From Blepharisma stoltei ATCC 30299 (Eukaryota; Protista; Ciliophora), in NCBI GenBank assembly GCA_965603825.1, contig CBFDEM010000003.1, positions 496,001 to 560,000 of the forward strand: a stretch of DNA of 64,000 bases, read 5' to 3'. The first letter of the stretch is position 1. Each line of letters begins with the position of its first letter. The notes beneath the pieces are model-generated. The model worked only from the letters and a program-made list of their open reading frames with translations. It ran no database searches and was not told the origin of the DNA. Position numbers and translations under genes: made by a program. Positions 1 through 11,088 of the stretch are shown piece by piece.

Positions 1-3000
1 TTCTGCTTTGACTTCAACTTTTGGAGCACTTGGAGCCTCAGATTGAGCTTTTGCCTTTGGTAGCTCAGCTTTTAATTTGATTCCACCATCACTTGAGCTG
101 CTACTTGAAGACTTTTTCTTTCCTACTTTGATATCAGCTTTTATGGCAGGGCCTTTTACGTCAGCTTTTAGTCCTGGAAGTTTTGCATCAGCTTTAACTG
201 CGATTCCGGCTTTCTTTTTCTTTCCACTATCACTTGAACTGCTGCTTGAAGAGGATTTTTTCTTTCCTCCGATGCTTATTGCTGCTTTTCCAGCTGGTGC
301 TTTAGGAGCTTCAATCTTAGCTTCAACTTTTCCTTTTGGTGCTTCAACCTTTACATCAGCTTTAGGCAACGCTGGTGGTTGTGCTCTAATTGCTATACCA
401 GCTTTTTTCTTATTGTCTTCACTGCTAGAACTGCTGCTGCTTGAGGATCGTTTTTTCTTTCCTCCAATATTAATTCCAATGCCTGGGGCTTTCACCTCAG
501 CTTTTCCTGCTGGAACTTTGACATCAGCTTTGACGTCAACTTTTGCCTTAGGAGCTTCTGCCTTAACAGCAATTCCTGCTTTCTTTTTATTGTCTTCACT
601 GCTAGAGCTGCTACTTGATGATGATTTCTTTTTTCCTCCGATATTTATACCTCCTTTAATTGCAGGAGCTTTTACGTCAACTTTGGCTGATGGTGCTTTA
701 GGTGCCTCCACTTTGACTGCGACTTTCTTTTTGTTGTCTTCACTAGAGCTACTGCTGCTTGAAGAGCCTTTTTTGAGACCAACTTTAACCCCAGCTTTAG
801 TTTCTGGAGCTTTAGGAAGATTTACGTCAGCCTTTGCGGTTGGGCCTTTTACGTCAACTTTAGCTGATGGTGCCTTAGGGGCTTCTGCTTTGATGTTGAT
901 TCCAACTTTCTTTTTCTTGTCACTATCACTGGAAGAGCTGCTTGATGAAGATTTTTTCTTTCCTCCAATTTTGAGGGCAGGTGCTTTAACATCTGCTTTT
1001 ACATCAGCTTTACCTTTGATTTCTGGACCTTTGACGTCAACTTTTGCAGCTGGAACTTTAGGAGCGTCTACTTTCACTGCAATTCCTGCTTTCTTCTTGT
1101 TGTCTTCACTGGAGCTGCTTGATGATGATCTCTTCTTGCCTTTGACATCAATACCTGCTTTAATTGCAGGAGCTTTGACATCAACTTTTCCAGATGGTGC
1201 TTTAGGTGCTTCAACTTTAACCTCAGCTTTGGCAGCTGGGACTTTAGGACCGTCAACTTTGATTCCAATTCCGCCTTTCTTTTTATTGTCTTCGCTAGAG
1301 CTGCTTGATGATGAAGATGACCTTTTCTTTCCTCCAATCTTAATATCTGCCTTTACTGCTGGAGCTTTGACGTCTACTTTTCCAGATGGGGCTTTAGGTG
1401 CTTCGGCTTTGACTTCAACTTTAGCTGCTGGGACTTTAGGAGCGTCAACTTTGATTCCAATTCCCCCTTTCTTTTTATTGTCTTCACTAGAGCTGCTGGA
1501 TGATGAAGAAGATTTTTTCTTTCCTTTGATATCAATACCTCCTTTAATTGCAGGAGCTTTGACATCAACTTTAGCAGATGGGGCTTTAGGTGCTTCAACT
1601 TTAACCTCAGCTTTGGCAGCTGGGACCTTTGGAGCGTCTACTTTGACTGCGATTCCTGCTTTCTTCTTGTTATCTTCGCTGGAGCTGCTTGATGATGAAG
1701 ATGATCTTTTCTTGCCTCCAATTTTGATGTCTGCCTTTACTGCTGGAGCTTTGACATCAACTTTTCCAGATGGTGCTTTAGGTGCTTCAACTTTAACCTC
1801 AGCTTTGGCAGCTGGGACTTTAGGAGCGTCAACTTTGATTCCAATTCCGCCTTTCTTTTTATTGTCTTCACTAGAGCTGCTAGATGAAGAAGATGATCTT
1901 TTCTTTCCTTTGACATCAATACCTGCTTTAATTGCTGGAGCCTTGACATCCACTTTGCCAGATGGTGCTTTCGGTGCTTCAACTTTAATTTCAGCTTTGG
2001 CAGCTGGGACTTTAGGAGCTTCAACTTTGATTCCAATTCCGCCTTTCTTTTTGCCGCTATCGCTTGAGCTGCTTGAAGATGAAGATGATCTTTTCTTTCC
2101 TCCAATCTTAATATCTGCCTTTACTGCTGGAGCTTTAACATCAACTTTTCCAGAAGGAACCTTTGGTGCATCACCTTTGACTTCAACTTTGGCTGCTGGG
2201 ACTTTAGGAGCGTCAACTTTGATTCCAATTCCGCCTTTCTTTTTATTGTCTTCACTGGAGCTGCTTGATGATGAAGATGATCTTTTCTTTCCTCCAATCT
2301 TAAGATCAACTTTCCCACTAGGGGCTTTTACATCGACTTTTCCTGAAGGAACTTTAGGAGCATCTCCTTTGACTTCAACTTTGGCTGCTGGGACTTTTGG
2401 AGCGTCAACTTTGACTGCAATTCCTGCTTTCTTCTTATTATCTTCACTAGAGCTGCTGGAAGATGAGGATGATCTTTTCTTTCCTTTGATGTCGATTCCT
2501 CCTTTGATTGCTGGAGCTTTCACATCAACTTTGGCAGATGGTGCTTTAGGAATATCGCCTTTTACTTCAACCTTGGCGGCTGGTACCTTTGGAGCGTCGA
2601 CTTTGATTCCAACGCCTGCTTTCTTTTTCCCGCTGTCGCTTGAGCTACTAGATGATGAGGATCCTTTCTTTCCTTTGATATTGACTCCTCCTTTAATTGC
2701 TGGAGCTTTGACGTCAACTTTGGCTGCTGGGACTTTAGGAGCGTCTACTTTGATTCCTGCTTTCTTCTTGTTATCTCCGCTAGAGCTGCTTGATGACGAG
2801 GATGATCTTTTCTTTCCTCCAATCTTAATGTCTGCTTTTACGGCTGGAGCTTTGACATCAACTTTTCCTGATGGGGCTTTAGGTGCTTCAACTTTGACTT
2901 CAACTTTGGCAGCTGGGACCTTTGGAGCATCTACTTTGATTCCAATTCCACCTTTCTTTTTATTGTCTTCACTAGAGCTGCTTGATGATGAAGAGCCTTT

Positions 3001-6000
3001 CTTTCCTCCAATCTTTAATCCTGGAGCTTTGACATCAACTTTTCCTGAAGGAACCTTTGGTGCATCACCTTTGACTTCAACTTTAGCTGTAGGAACTTTA
3101 GGAGCGTCAACTTTGATTCCAATTCCGCCTTTCTTTTTGTTGTCTTCACTAGAGCTGCTTGATGATGAAGATGATCTTTTCTTTCCTCCAAGCTTAAGAT
3201 CGACTTTGCCACTAGGAGCTTTTACGTCAACTTTGCCTGAAGGAGCTTTAGGAGCGTCACCTTTGACTTCAACTTTTGCTGCTGGTACTTTAGGTGCATC
3301 AACTTTGATTCCGATTCCTGCTTTCTTCTTATTATCTTCACTAGAGCTGCTGGAAGATGAGGATGATCTTTTCTTTCCTTTGATATCGATTCCTCCTTTG
3401 ATTGCTGGAGCTTTCACATCAACTTTGGCAGATGGTGCTTTAGGAATATCGCCTTTTACTTCAACCTTGGCGGCTGGTACCTTTGGAGCGTCGACTTTGA
3501 TTCCAACGCCTGCTTTCTTTTTCCCGCTGTCGCTTGAGCTACTAGATGATGAGGATCCTTTCTTTCCTTTGATATCGATTCCTCCTTTAATTGCTGGAGC
3601 TTTGACGTCAACTTTGGCTGCTGGGACTTTAGGAGCGTCTACTTTGATTCCTGCTTTCTTCTTGTTATCTCCGCTAGAGCTGCTTGATGACGAGGATGAT
3701 CTTTTCTTTCCTCCAATCTTAATGTCTGCTTTTACGGCTGGAGCTTTGACATCAACTTTTCCTGATGGGGCTTTAGGTGCTTCAACTTTGACTTCAACTT
3801 TGGCAGCTGGGACCTTTGGAGCATCTACTTTGATTCCAATTCCACCTTTCTTTTTGCCGCTATCGCTTGAGCTGCTTGATGAAGATGATCTTTTCTTTCC
3901 TCCGATCTTAATATCTGCTTTTACTGCTGGAGCTTTGACGTCAACTTTGCCTGAAGGAACTTTTGGAGCATCTCCTTTAACTTCTACTTTGGCTGCAGGA
4001 ACTTTTGGACCGTCTACTTTAATTCCAAGTCCACCTTTCTTTTTGCCGCTATCACTTGAGCTGCTTGATGATGAAGAGCCTTTCTTTCCTCCAATCTTTA
4101 ATCCTGGAGCCTTGACATCAACTTTTGCTGCTGGGACTTTAGGTGCATCAACTTTGACTGCGATTCCTGCTTTCTTCTTTCCGATATCACTAGAGCTGCT
4201 TGAAGATGAGGATCTTTTCTTTCCTCCAATCTTAATATCTGCTTTTACTGATGGAGCTTTTATGTCAACTTTACCTGAAGGAGCTTTAGGAGCGTCTCCT
4301 TTGACTTCAACTTTGGCTGCTGGGACTTTTGGAGCGTCTATTTTGATTCCTACTTTCTTCTTTCCACTGTCACTTGAGCTGCTTGATGAGGATGATCCTT
4401 TCTTTCCTCCAATTTTGAGACCAGGAGCTTTGATATCAACTTTGCCTGAAGGAGCCTTTGGAGCTTCACCTTTTATTTCAACTTTTGCTGCTGGGACTTT
4501 AGGACCATCAACTTTGACTGCAATTCCAGCTTTCTTCTTTCCGCTATCACTAGAGCTGCTTGATGAAGAAGATCCTTTCTTTCCTCCAATTTTGAGACCA
4601 GGTGCTTTAATATCAACTTTTCCAGAAGGAGCCTTTGGAGCTTCAGCTTTGACTTCAACTTTGGCTGCTGGGACTTTTGGAGCATCTATTTTGATTCCTA
4701 CTTTCTTCTTTCCACTGTCACTTGAGCTGCTTGATGAGGATGATCCTTTCTTTCCTCCAATTTTGAGACCAGGAGCTTTGACATCAACTTTGCCTGATGG
4801 AACCTTAGGAGCTTCAGCCTTGATTGAAATTCCCGCCTTTTTCTTTCCATCACTGGAGCTGCTAGACGAGCTTCTTTTTCCGCCTATTTTAACTGCTGGT
4901 GCTTTGATATCAACTTTTCCTGATGGTAATTTCGCACCTCCTTTGATTTCTAATTTGGCTTTTCCTTTTCCATCACTGGAACTTGAGCTTGATGACTTCT
5001 TTTTGCCTCCTATACTAACTGCTGGTGCTTTAATTTCTACTTTTCCTGATGGCAATTTAGCGTCTCCTTTAATTCCGATTTTCGCTTTCTTTTTATCGTC
5101 ACTAGAACTACTGCTGCTTGATGATCTTTTTCCTCCAATTTTCAAATTAACACCTACTGGTTTGATTTCTACTTTGGCTTCTGGAGGTTTGTTTTCGACT
5201 TTTGCGGTTTGTCCTTTAGGAAGCATAATTCTCCCAGTTTGTTTTGGTAGCATAATTTTGGCTGAAGGCGCTTTTGGAACTTCAGCTTTTACTTCGATTT
5301 TTCCTTTAGCCTTTCCATCACTTGAGCTGCTGCTACTTGAAGAGTCTTTTTTGGTTAATTTAACTTCTACTTTTGCTGCAGGTACTTTCGGAGCATCGAT
5401 TTTTACACCCACTTTCTTTTTTCCGTCGCTTGAGCTGCTGCTGCTGGATGATCTTTTTCCGCCGATTCTAATCCCAGGAGCTTTGACATCAACTTTTCCT
5501 GATGGTAACTTAGCGTCTCCTTTAAGCTCTACTTTCGCTTTTGCTTTTCCGTCAGAGCTACTGCTGCTTGATGATCCTTTTTTGCCTCCAACTTTCAATT
5601 CTGCTTTGATTCCTGGAGCTTTAATATCAACTTTTCCTGCAGGCAACTTAGCGTCACCTTTAACTGCAACTTTTCCTTTGCCCTTTCCGCTGTCACTTGA
5701 GCTGCTACTTGAAGATCCTTTTCTTTTAATTTCTGGAGCTTTTACTTCAATTTTTCCTGATGGCAACTTAGCGTCTCCTTTAATAGTGATTTTTGCTTTG
5801 CCTTTTCCGCTATCACTGGAGCTGCTGCTTGATTTATCGACTTTAATACCTACCTTTGGCCCTTTAATATCTACTTTTCCAGCTGGTAGTTTAGGTGCTT
5901 CTCCTTTGATTTCGATTTTACCTCTTTTCTTTCCGTCAGAGCTAGAGCTGGAACTAGATGATTTTTTGACTTTGAGACCAACTTTAATTTCTGGCTTAGG

Positions 6001-6380
6001 AGCTGCAACATTTACTTTTGGCCCTTTCAAGTCAGCTTGAACTACAACTTTTCCTTTCTTTTTGCCATCACTGCTGCTAGAAGAGCTGCTTCCTTTTTTC
6101 TTTTTATTGAGGTTAATATCAACTTTAGGCCCTGCAACGCCTGCTTTGATATCCCCGCCAATTTTGATTTCTGCTTTAGGTTTTTTCTTTTTACCATCAC
6201 TGCTGCTACTGCTGCTTGAGCCCTTTTTCTTTTTAGGTACATTTACCTTAACATCTAGACCTCCTTCAATTTTTGCCTTTTTGTGGTGTTTTTTGCGCCT
6301 TTTCCCTGGATCAGCACTGTCGCTAATGCTTGAGCTTGAGCCAGAGCTAGAAGAACTTGAAGATGAGCTTTTTCTTTTAC
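1..6380 (-). repeat. Coding tandem repeat array, roughly 40-62-aa units such as KKRSSSSSSSSEDNKKKGGIGIKVDAPKVPAAKVEVKAPKAPSGKVDVKAPAVKADIKIGG
   Basis: Recurrent gagctgcttgatgatgaag / tcaacttt motifs. Near-identical higher-order blocks: ~2421-2960 vs ~3315-3854 (offset 894) and ~4300-4440 vs ~4650-4790 (offset 348). Confidence 0.95.
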
Positions 6381-7551
6381 TTGGGACGTATGGCTCGACC
6401 TTTAATTCGACTGCTGCTCCTCCATCTGGGGTCGTTAATTTTTTATTTATTTCTTTAGGCTCTCCAGCTTCAGTTTTCTTTACAACTTTCATTGTTGGGC
6501 CAGTTCTTGGGGTGTTTTGGTCTCTCTTTTTACTTCCAATGTTGAAAATCTGCCATGATTTTTCGCCTGGTCTTCTGAAGGCGAATTTAGGGAAGGAAAC
6601 AAAAACTGGGGCACTTGTGCTGGTTACTGCAGGGTAGTTTTCTGGGAACTCAAAGTTTAAGGCTTCAAGGAGTTTTACCTCAGGTGTAGAATCTGCCATG
6701 TTGACTAAGTAGCTTTGAGAATTTGGTTTATTTGTCTTTGGGTCGAATCCGCCGACAATGGTAACTTCATTTCCTTTAACTGCACAGATTGGCTTAACAG
6801 CTTTGATAGGAAGTGAAAAAGGTTCCTTCTTAAAGGCAAGAGAAGTCAAGTCCAAGCTGTAAACGTTTTTATTTACTTTATTTTTGCCATGTTCATCAAA
6901 TCTATGGCCACCTACAAAGTAAATTTTATCATTATAAAGGAAGGTTCCTGGTAATAGTAGACCACTGAGTGGGAATTCTTTGTCCGCATGTGTTTTTTCT
7001 TTTTTCTCTTCGTCTTTTTTCTCTGTTACTTTTTTCTGGAGAAAGACAGTAATTTCGTTTTTCGCAATGTTCTCTTCTACGCTTTTGAAGTATTCCCAAG
7101 AATTTTCTTCTAAGTTGAATCTCATTAATGGTGCTGGTTCTTCTGTAGAAGATGCGACTTCATCCTCAGGCTCAGCCAATCCTCCTACATAGTAAACCCA
7201 ACCCTTGTGTTCATACAAACTACCTTCTTTGGATGGTATTGGCAGGTTGCAGAGGTTGGTCAGCTTCATTGCTTCAGTATCGGCAAGGACAACTTTATTG
7301 GTAAGACATGAAGAGGAATCGCTGCCTCCAGCGAGCATAATCCTGTTCTTTGATAAATATCCGACAGCTGAATCAGAACGAAGCTTGATGCCTGTGGAAA
7401 ACTGGATTTTTTTGATTTTTCCATCAGGGTGGAGGTGAAGAATTTTCTTTTTATGTCTATTTAGGTAATAAAACTCTGGCATTTTTGCGCCTGCTTGGGG
7501 TCTAATTGTACGCTGCGTGGCAACGTCTTGCTTTGAAGTGCATGCTCCCAT
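1..7551 (-). CDS. Giant (>2517 aa, runs off the window) Kelch-like beta-propeller protein with N-terminal MGAC acylation motif and a long K/P/A/V/G + poly-Ser repeat tail
   Basis: ATG at 7551: MGACTSKQDVATQR...PEFYYLNR...RIMLAGGSD...VYYVGG...IYFVGG...VTIVGG (Kelch-type GG motifs). The frame is consistent down to base 1 (spot-checked). The N-terminal ~330 aa are clearly paralogous to 11787..13517. Absent from the ORF track because no stop lies in the window. Confidence 0.9.
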   Translation of the reverse strand, partial: MGACTSKQDVATQRTIRPQAGAKMPEFYYLNRHKKKILHLHPDGKIKKIQFSTGIKLRSDSAVGYLSKNRIMLAGGSDSSSCLTNKVVLADTEAMKLTNLCNLPIPSKEGSLYEHKGWVYYVGGLAEPEDEVASSTEEPAPLMRFNLEENSWEYFKSVEENIAKNEITVFLQKKVTEKKDEEKKEKTHADKEFPLSGLLLPGTFLYNDKIYFVGGHRFDEHGKNKVNKNVYSLDLTSLAFKKEPFSLPIKAVKPICAVKGNEVTIVGGFDPKTNKPNSQSYLVNMADSTPEVKLLEALNFEFPENYPAVTSTSAPVFVSFPKFAFRRPGEKSWQIFNIGSKKRDQNTPRTGPTMKVVKKTEAGEPKEINKKLTTPDGGAAVELKVEPYVPSKRKSSSSSSSSSGSSSSISDSADPGKRRKKHHKKAKIEGGLDVKVNVPKKKKGSSSSSSSDGKKKKPKAEIKIGGDIKAGVAGPKVDINLNKKKKGSSSSSSSDGKKKGKVVVQADLKGPKVNVAAPKPEIKVGLKVKKSSSSSSSSDGKKRGKIEIKGEAPKLPAGKVDIKGPKVGIKVDKSSSSSSDSGKGKAKITIKGDAKLPSGKIEVKAPEIKRKGSSSSSSSDSGKGKGKVAVKGDAKLPAGKVDIKAPGIKAELKVGGKKGSSSSSSSDGKAKAKVELKGDAKLPSGKVDVKAPGIRIGGKRSSSSSSSSDGKKKVGVKIDAPKVPAAKVEVKLTKKDSSSSSSSSDGKAKGKIEVKAEVPKAPSAKIMLPKQTGRIMLPKGQTAKVENKPPEAKVEIKPVGVNLKIGGKRSSSSSSSSDDKKKAKIGIKGDAKLPSGKVEIKAPAVSIGGKKKSSSSSSSDGKGKAKLEIKGGAKLPSGKVDIKAPAVKIGGKRSSSSSSSDGKKKAGISIKAEAPKVPSGKVDVKAPGLKIGGKKGSSSSSSSSDSGKKKVGIKIDAPKVPAAKVEVKAEAPKAPSGKVDIKAPGLKIGGKKGSSSSSSSSDSGKKKAGIAVKVDGPKVPAAKVEIKGEAPKAPSGKVDIKAPGLKIGGKKGSSSSSSSSDSGKKKVGIKIDAPKVPAAKVEVKGDAPKAPSGKVDIKAPSVKADIKIGGKKRSSSSSSSSDIGKKKAGIAVKVDAPKVPAAKVDVKAPGLKIGGKKGSSSSSSSSDSGKKKGGLGIKVDGPKVPAAKVEVKGDAPKVPSGKVDVKAPAVKADIKIGGKKRSSSSSSSSDSGKKKGGIGIKVDAPKVPAAKVEVKVEAPKAPSGKVDVKAPAVKADIKIGGKKRSSSSSSSSSGDNKKKAGIKVDAPKVPAAKVDVKAPAIKGGIDIKGKKGSSSSSSSSDSGKKKAGVGIKVDAPKVPAAKVEVKGDIPKAPSAKVDVKAPAIKGGIDIKGKKRSSSSSSSSSEDNKKKAGIGIKVDAPKVPAAKVEVKGDAPKAPSGKVDVKAPSGKVDLKLGGKKRSSSSSSSSSEDNKKKGGIGIKVDAPKVPTAKVEVKGDAPKVPSGKVDVKAPGLKIGGKKGSSSSSSSSEDNKKKGGIGIKVDAPKVPAAKVEVKVEAPKAPSGKVDVKAPAVKADIKIGGKKRSSSSSSSSSGDNKKKAGIKVDAPKVPAAKVDVKAPAIKGGVNIKGKKGSSSSSSSSDSGKKKAGVGIKVDAPKVPAAKVEVKGDIPKAPSAKVDVKAPAIKGGIDIKGKKRSSSSSSSSSEDNKKKAGIAVKVDAPKVPAAKVEVKGDAPKVPSGKVDVKAPSGKVDLKIGGKKRSSSSSSSSSEDNKKKGGIGIKVDAPKVPAAKVEVKGDAPKVPSGKVDVKAPAVKADIKIGGKKRSSSSSSSSSDSGKKKGGIGIKVEAPKVPAAKAEIKVEAPKAPSGKVDVKAPAIKAGIDVKGKKRSSSSSSSSSEDNKKKGGIGIKVDAPKVPAAKAEVKVEAPKAPSGKVDVKAPAVKADIKIGGKKRSSSSSSSSSEDNKKKAGIAVKVDAPKVPAAKAEVKVEAPKAPSAKVDVKAPAIKGGIDIKGKKKSSSSSSSSSEDNKKKGGIGIKVDAPKVPAAKVEVKAEAPKAPSGKVDVKAPAVKADIKIGGKKRSSSSSSSSSEDNKKKGGIGIKVDGPKVPAAKAEVKVEAPKAPSGKVDVKAPAIKAGIDVKGKKRSSSSSSSEDNKKKAGIAVKVDAPKVPAAKVDVKGPEIKGKADVKADVKAPALKIGGKKKSSSSSSSSDSDKKKKVGINIKAEAPKAPSAKVDVKGPTAKADVNLPKAPETKAGVKVGLKKGSSSSSSSSEDNKKKVAVKVEAPKAPSAKVDVKAPAIKGGINIGGKKKSSSSSSSSSEDNKKKAGIAVKAEAPKAKVDVKADVKVPAGKAEVKAPGIGINIGGKKKRSSSSSSSSSEDNKKKAGIAIRAQPPALPKADVKVEAPKGKVEAKIEAPKAPAGKAAISIGGKKKSSSSSSSSDSGKKKKAGIAVKADAKLPGLKADVKGPAIKADIKVGKKKSSSSSSSDGGIKLKAELPKAKAQSEAPSAPKVEVKAE

Positions 7552-7672
7552 ATTAATTATATTAAGGAATTATGGCCACATAATCTTGGCTTATACGTTA
7601 AATAGGACTTAAATAAGAGATAGAGATAAGGACAGAGCATAGAAATAATCACGTCTTAAAATTAGAAATAAC

Positions 7673-7685
7673 GGCGATTTTTAGA
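7673..7685 (-). promoter_or_regulatory. Candidate upstream motif TCTAAAAATCGCC
   Basis: Identical 13-mer at 39196-39208 upstream of the sterol desaturase, and a variant at 62565-62578. Function is inferred only. Confidence 0.4.
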
Positions 7686-9023
7686 TTTCATTTTATCAGG
7701 CATTTTTTTGATTTAAAATTTAGATTTAAGTTGAAAAGAAGGTTGGTCAGTAAATATTTTTAAATAAAAACAGAAAATTAGGGTGAGAAAAATTTGAAAT
7801 TTTAAAAGACTGAGGGGAATATTTGATTTTTAGACCTGAAGAAGTGATGACGAAGGTTGAAAAATGGTCAATAGGCGGTTAAACAAAGTTCTTTTAGAGG
7901 AAAGGGTTTTTTATAAAGCTGGTAAGCTGGAATTAATATTATTCGATATAATCTGATAGAATTTCCTTTTTTTCAGAAGAATTTATTTCATTTTGGATCA
8001 GTCAGACAAGACTGTTCATAATAAAGAGATGTTTGGCTGAAAAACTTGAAATTTAGGTTTAAAACTATAGAGGAAGAATAAAGATTTGGATTGCAAGCTG
8101 AAGTAGACTTTAATTTATCTGCTTGTGAAGTATTAAGATCGTTGGCATATTATAGCTAGTCGTTATTTATAAGCTTATTTTAAAGAAATTGAATAAGAAA
8201 TTTATATATTGCAAGTTTAATAAAGTAGTCTGAAATTAAAGCTTAGAATAATTTTAATTTAGATTATAAGCATTATATTTTGTGTTGGATTTGATAATGC
8301 TAGTTTATATTATATTACGCTATGCCTAAGATTTAGATTTTAGTTATGGGTATTATAAGGTAATTCAATCGTTAATATATATATCATTAATCTTAATATA
8401 GAGATTTATGTAAATTTTTGTGATAACAGTAATTAGTTTTTAATCTTTTAAATGACTTAGCAGTTAACCGAAAAATAGCCAGACAGCAAGAAAATAAAGG
8501 AGGAATTTATATTTAATTGCTGGTGAAAAAATACCAAGTAAAGTTCAAGTCCAAACTTTTTCAAAAATTCCAATAGATTACTTAAATATAAAAATAAAGG
8601 AAAAAATGTCTTAATTTTTAAGTAAAAAAATTGATATAGAAAGTCTAAAATATTAAAATATCTATTTTTAAAAGAATTTTTTTTATTATTTAGGCTTAAA
8701 GACTATTGACTCATCTATAGATATCAATAAATGATATTTATTTTAAGAATAATCTAATAATCAATTAAATATATTGAAATTGATTTTCTTTATATCGCTA
8801 TAAAATCTCCTCTGTGAGAGTATTTCAAAATTGAGTAAAAGACAATTATGCCAAACTCCGAGATTTGCATGAAAATTATCCTAAAAAATACCAGATTTCT
8901 AATTTTCTACAATTAAATAAAAATAACTTAAAGTTAGCTACTGGATGCTTAACATAGTTCATTAAATATACATCTGATATAATTTTCTATTAATTTTAAC
9001 AAGATAATTGCAATTCTAAACGC

Positions 9024-10004
9024 TTAATTGTTCTGAAGTAAAGCTCCAAGAGCTCCCATATACGCTCCATATTCTGAGAAAATCAATTTCCCACTTCCTC
9101 TTGACCAAAAATTCACACTTTCCTGCGCCTTATGCATAAACAAAGGTGGGCTTACCGCATTTCCAATAACCACAATATTTTCGATCATCTCTACCTTTGA
9201 CACCATATAAGCAATCAGAGTCAAATTATAAGCAAACATCACCAACAAAGATCTCGCTAAATCCCTTTGATTTGCAATTTTTGTCGTAAGTTTAGCACAA
9301 GAAGAAGCTATAATGTCAGCTCCTAGGCCGATGTTGGAGTAGTCTCCTCCATAGATATCCCCAACAGTTAAATCAGCTTGCCCATTGTCACCTAAAGCAG
9401 CTTCTTCTATAGCTTCTTCAGGGGTTTTATAGTTTGTGCAGAGTTTTATGAGTCCTCAGAAGGTGGATGAGCCTATACTTGTTCCGCTTACTTTTTCACA
9501 AGAGTCTGGGGATGAAAACTTGTAGATGCTGAGACCTTCTCTGACATTGACTATTAAACAAGGATAAATGCTGGATGATATTGGGATTTTGGTGGTGTTT
9601 TCAGGCTGGCCGCGGTGGATAACATTAATTCTGGTGCAAGATCCTCCATAGTAGAAAAAGCTATTGAGAGATAATGTATTGAGAGTATCCAGAGCTTTGG
9701 AAATGCATTGGCTTGTTACAACAGAGTTATATGTAAAGTCGTAATAGTCGCTAATAGTTTGATGCATTCCATCAAATCTCATCCCTGTGATAGTGATGGG
9801 GATATTTTTGTGTTTAATAATTTTTTCATATATAGGAAAAGATTCAAAGGAACGGTACTCTTCTTTGAGAAGCTTGAAATAGTAAATAACTCCAAAATGT
9901 GTTTGGAGATAAAAAGATGATAAAGAATTATTACACTCTTCTTGAATTAGTACTGCAATTCTGATATAAACAGGCCCTATATCAATTCCTACTTGATTTC
10001 CCAT
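9024..10004 (-). CDS. Type II (fumble-family) pantothenate kinase homolog with degenerate catalytic motifs, 326 aa
   Basis: GIDIG, YPCLIVNV, SGTSIGSSTF[TGA=W]GL, DLTVGDIYGGDY, IIASS, EYGAYMGALGAL. TGA at 9456-9458 joins the two track ORFs in frame. Confidence 0.85.
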
Positions 10005-10560
10005 TACTATATTAATTTAAAAATGCCTTTAGCCTTCCTATCTATTTTATCTTTATTTTTAATAAATTTCAACGATTAAAAGGTCTTTAAACTCTCTTTC
10101 CTTTATCACTTAGTTTTTGAATTTTAAATGCTCTTAAAATAAGAAAATTGATTTTTATCAATAATCTTTAGGCTAGAACGTCAAACCAAATAGGCCATCA
10201 AGTCTTTTTGATATAAAATTATTGTTTCATTGATATTTGAGTCAAAATTTAACAATTCTGGCGAAAAAATTGGAGATTAAGGAAAAGCTTGATCTAATTT
10301 AGATAAGTTAAATGCAACTAGTTAAACCCTTTGAAACCAATGATCTAAATTCAAATTAATTTTATAAATATTGTCAATCAGAACACCCATATTCCATATT
10401 TTTATACTTAATTTACTGACATTTTAGCTGGCCAACAGCAATTTAAAATCATTAAAATATTAAGCAATCAGAATAAAAATAGCTTGGCCAGACTAATATT
10501 TAAGCTTTAATAATTAACAAAAAACTCTTAAATACATTGTTTTTAATATATTGGCGACTC

Positions 10561-11088
10561 CTAGTTTAGTGGCGAAAGAAATTTCGCAATTTCTTCTAAA
10601 ATCGAAAAATCGGTTGTTTCTATTTGACTCTGAATTTCACTCAAGCTTAGAACTGAGCATGCTTTTGGGGCTATATCTTCGCTTCTTAGCTGGATTTTTC
10701 TTCCAGGTTTTCCTAACTCCTCAAAATCTTCAAATCTCAGCCTTTTCCCCCTTATTTTTCTTGCAATTTCTTTGTCCTCTTGCAACGGGTGCACAAATTT
10801 AAGGTCTTTTTTCTTCAAAGTTCCAACTTTTTTCAGCATTAACCTTCCCAGACTCATTGTGCTTCTTATCTTTTTGGCTTCTAAATAAGCCTTTCTAGCT
10901 TGGTCATACTGGTCGAATATTTCATATAAAATACCAAGATTGATCCATGCTTCTCCTCTATCAAGGCCTAAATGGATAGCTTTAATGAAGCATTGGAATG
11001 CATCGCATGGCATATATGCCTCAGCATACCTAATCCCAAGCCTGCAAAGGTTTGAATAGCTGTTCTTATTAATGTCCAAAGGCAACAT
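10561..11088 (-). CDS. Small TPR-repeat protein, 175 aa
   Basis: TPR consensus: LGIRYAEAYMPCDAFQCFIKAI and EAWINLGILYEIFDQYDQARKAY. Confidence 0.75.
   Translation of the reverse strand: MLPLDINKNSYSNLCRLGIRYAEAYMPCDAFQCFIKAIHLGLDRGEAWINLGILYEIFDQYDQARKAYLEAKKIRSTMSLGRLMLKKVGTLKKKDLKFVHPLQEDKEIARKIRGKRLRFEDFEELGKPGRKIQLRSEDIAPKACSVLSLSEIQSQIETTDFSILEEIAKFLSPLN

Noticed and set aside
77-6637. 1987-aa plus-strand ORF and the following ORF 6062..6637
   Set aside because: Antisense shadow of the minus-strand repeat gene: TTG start, and its LLL/FFF runs are the complement of Ser/Lys codons. The minus frame has an ATG, a recognisable head and a paralog.
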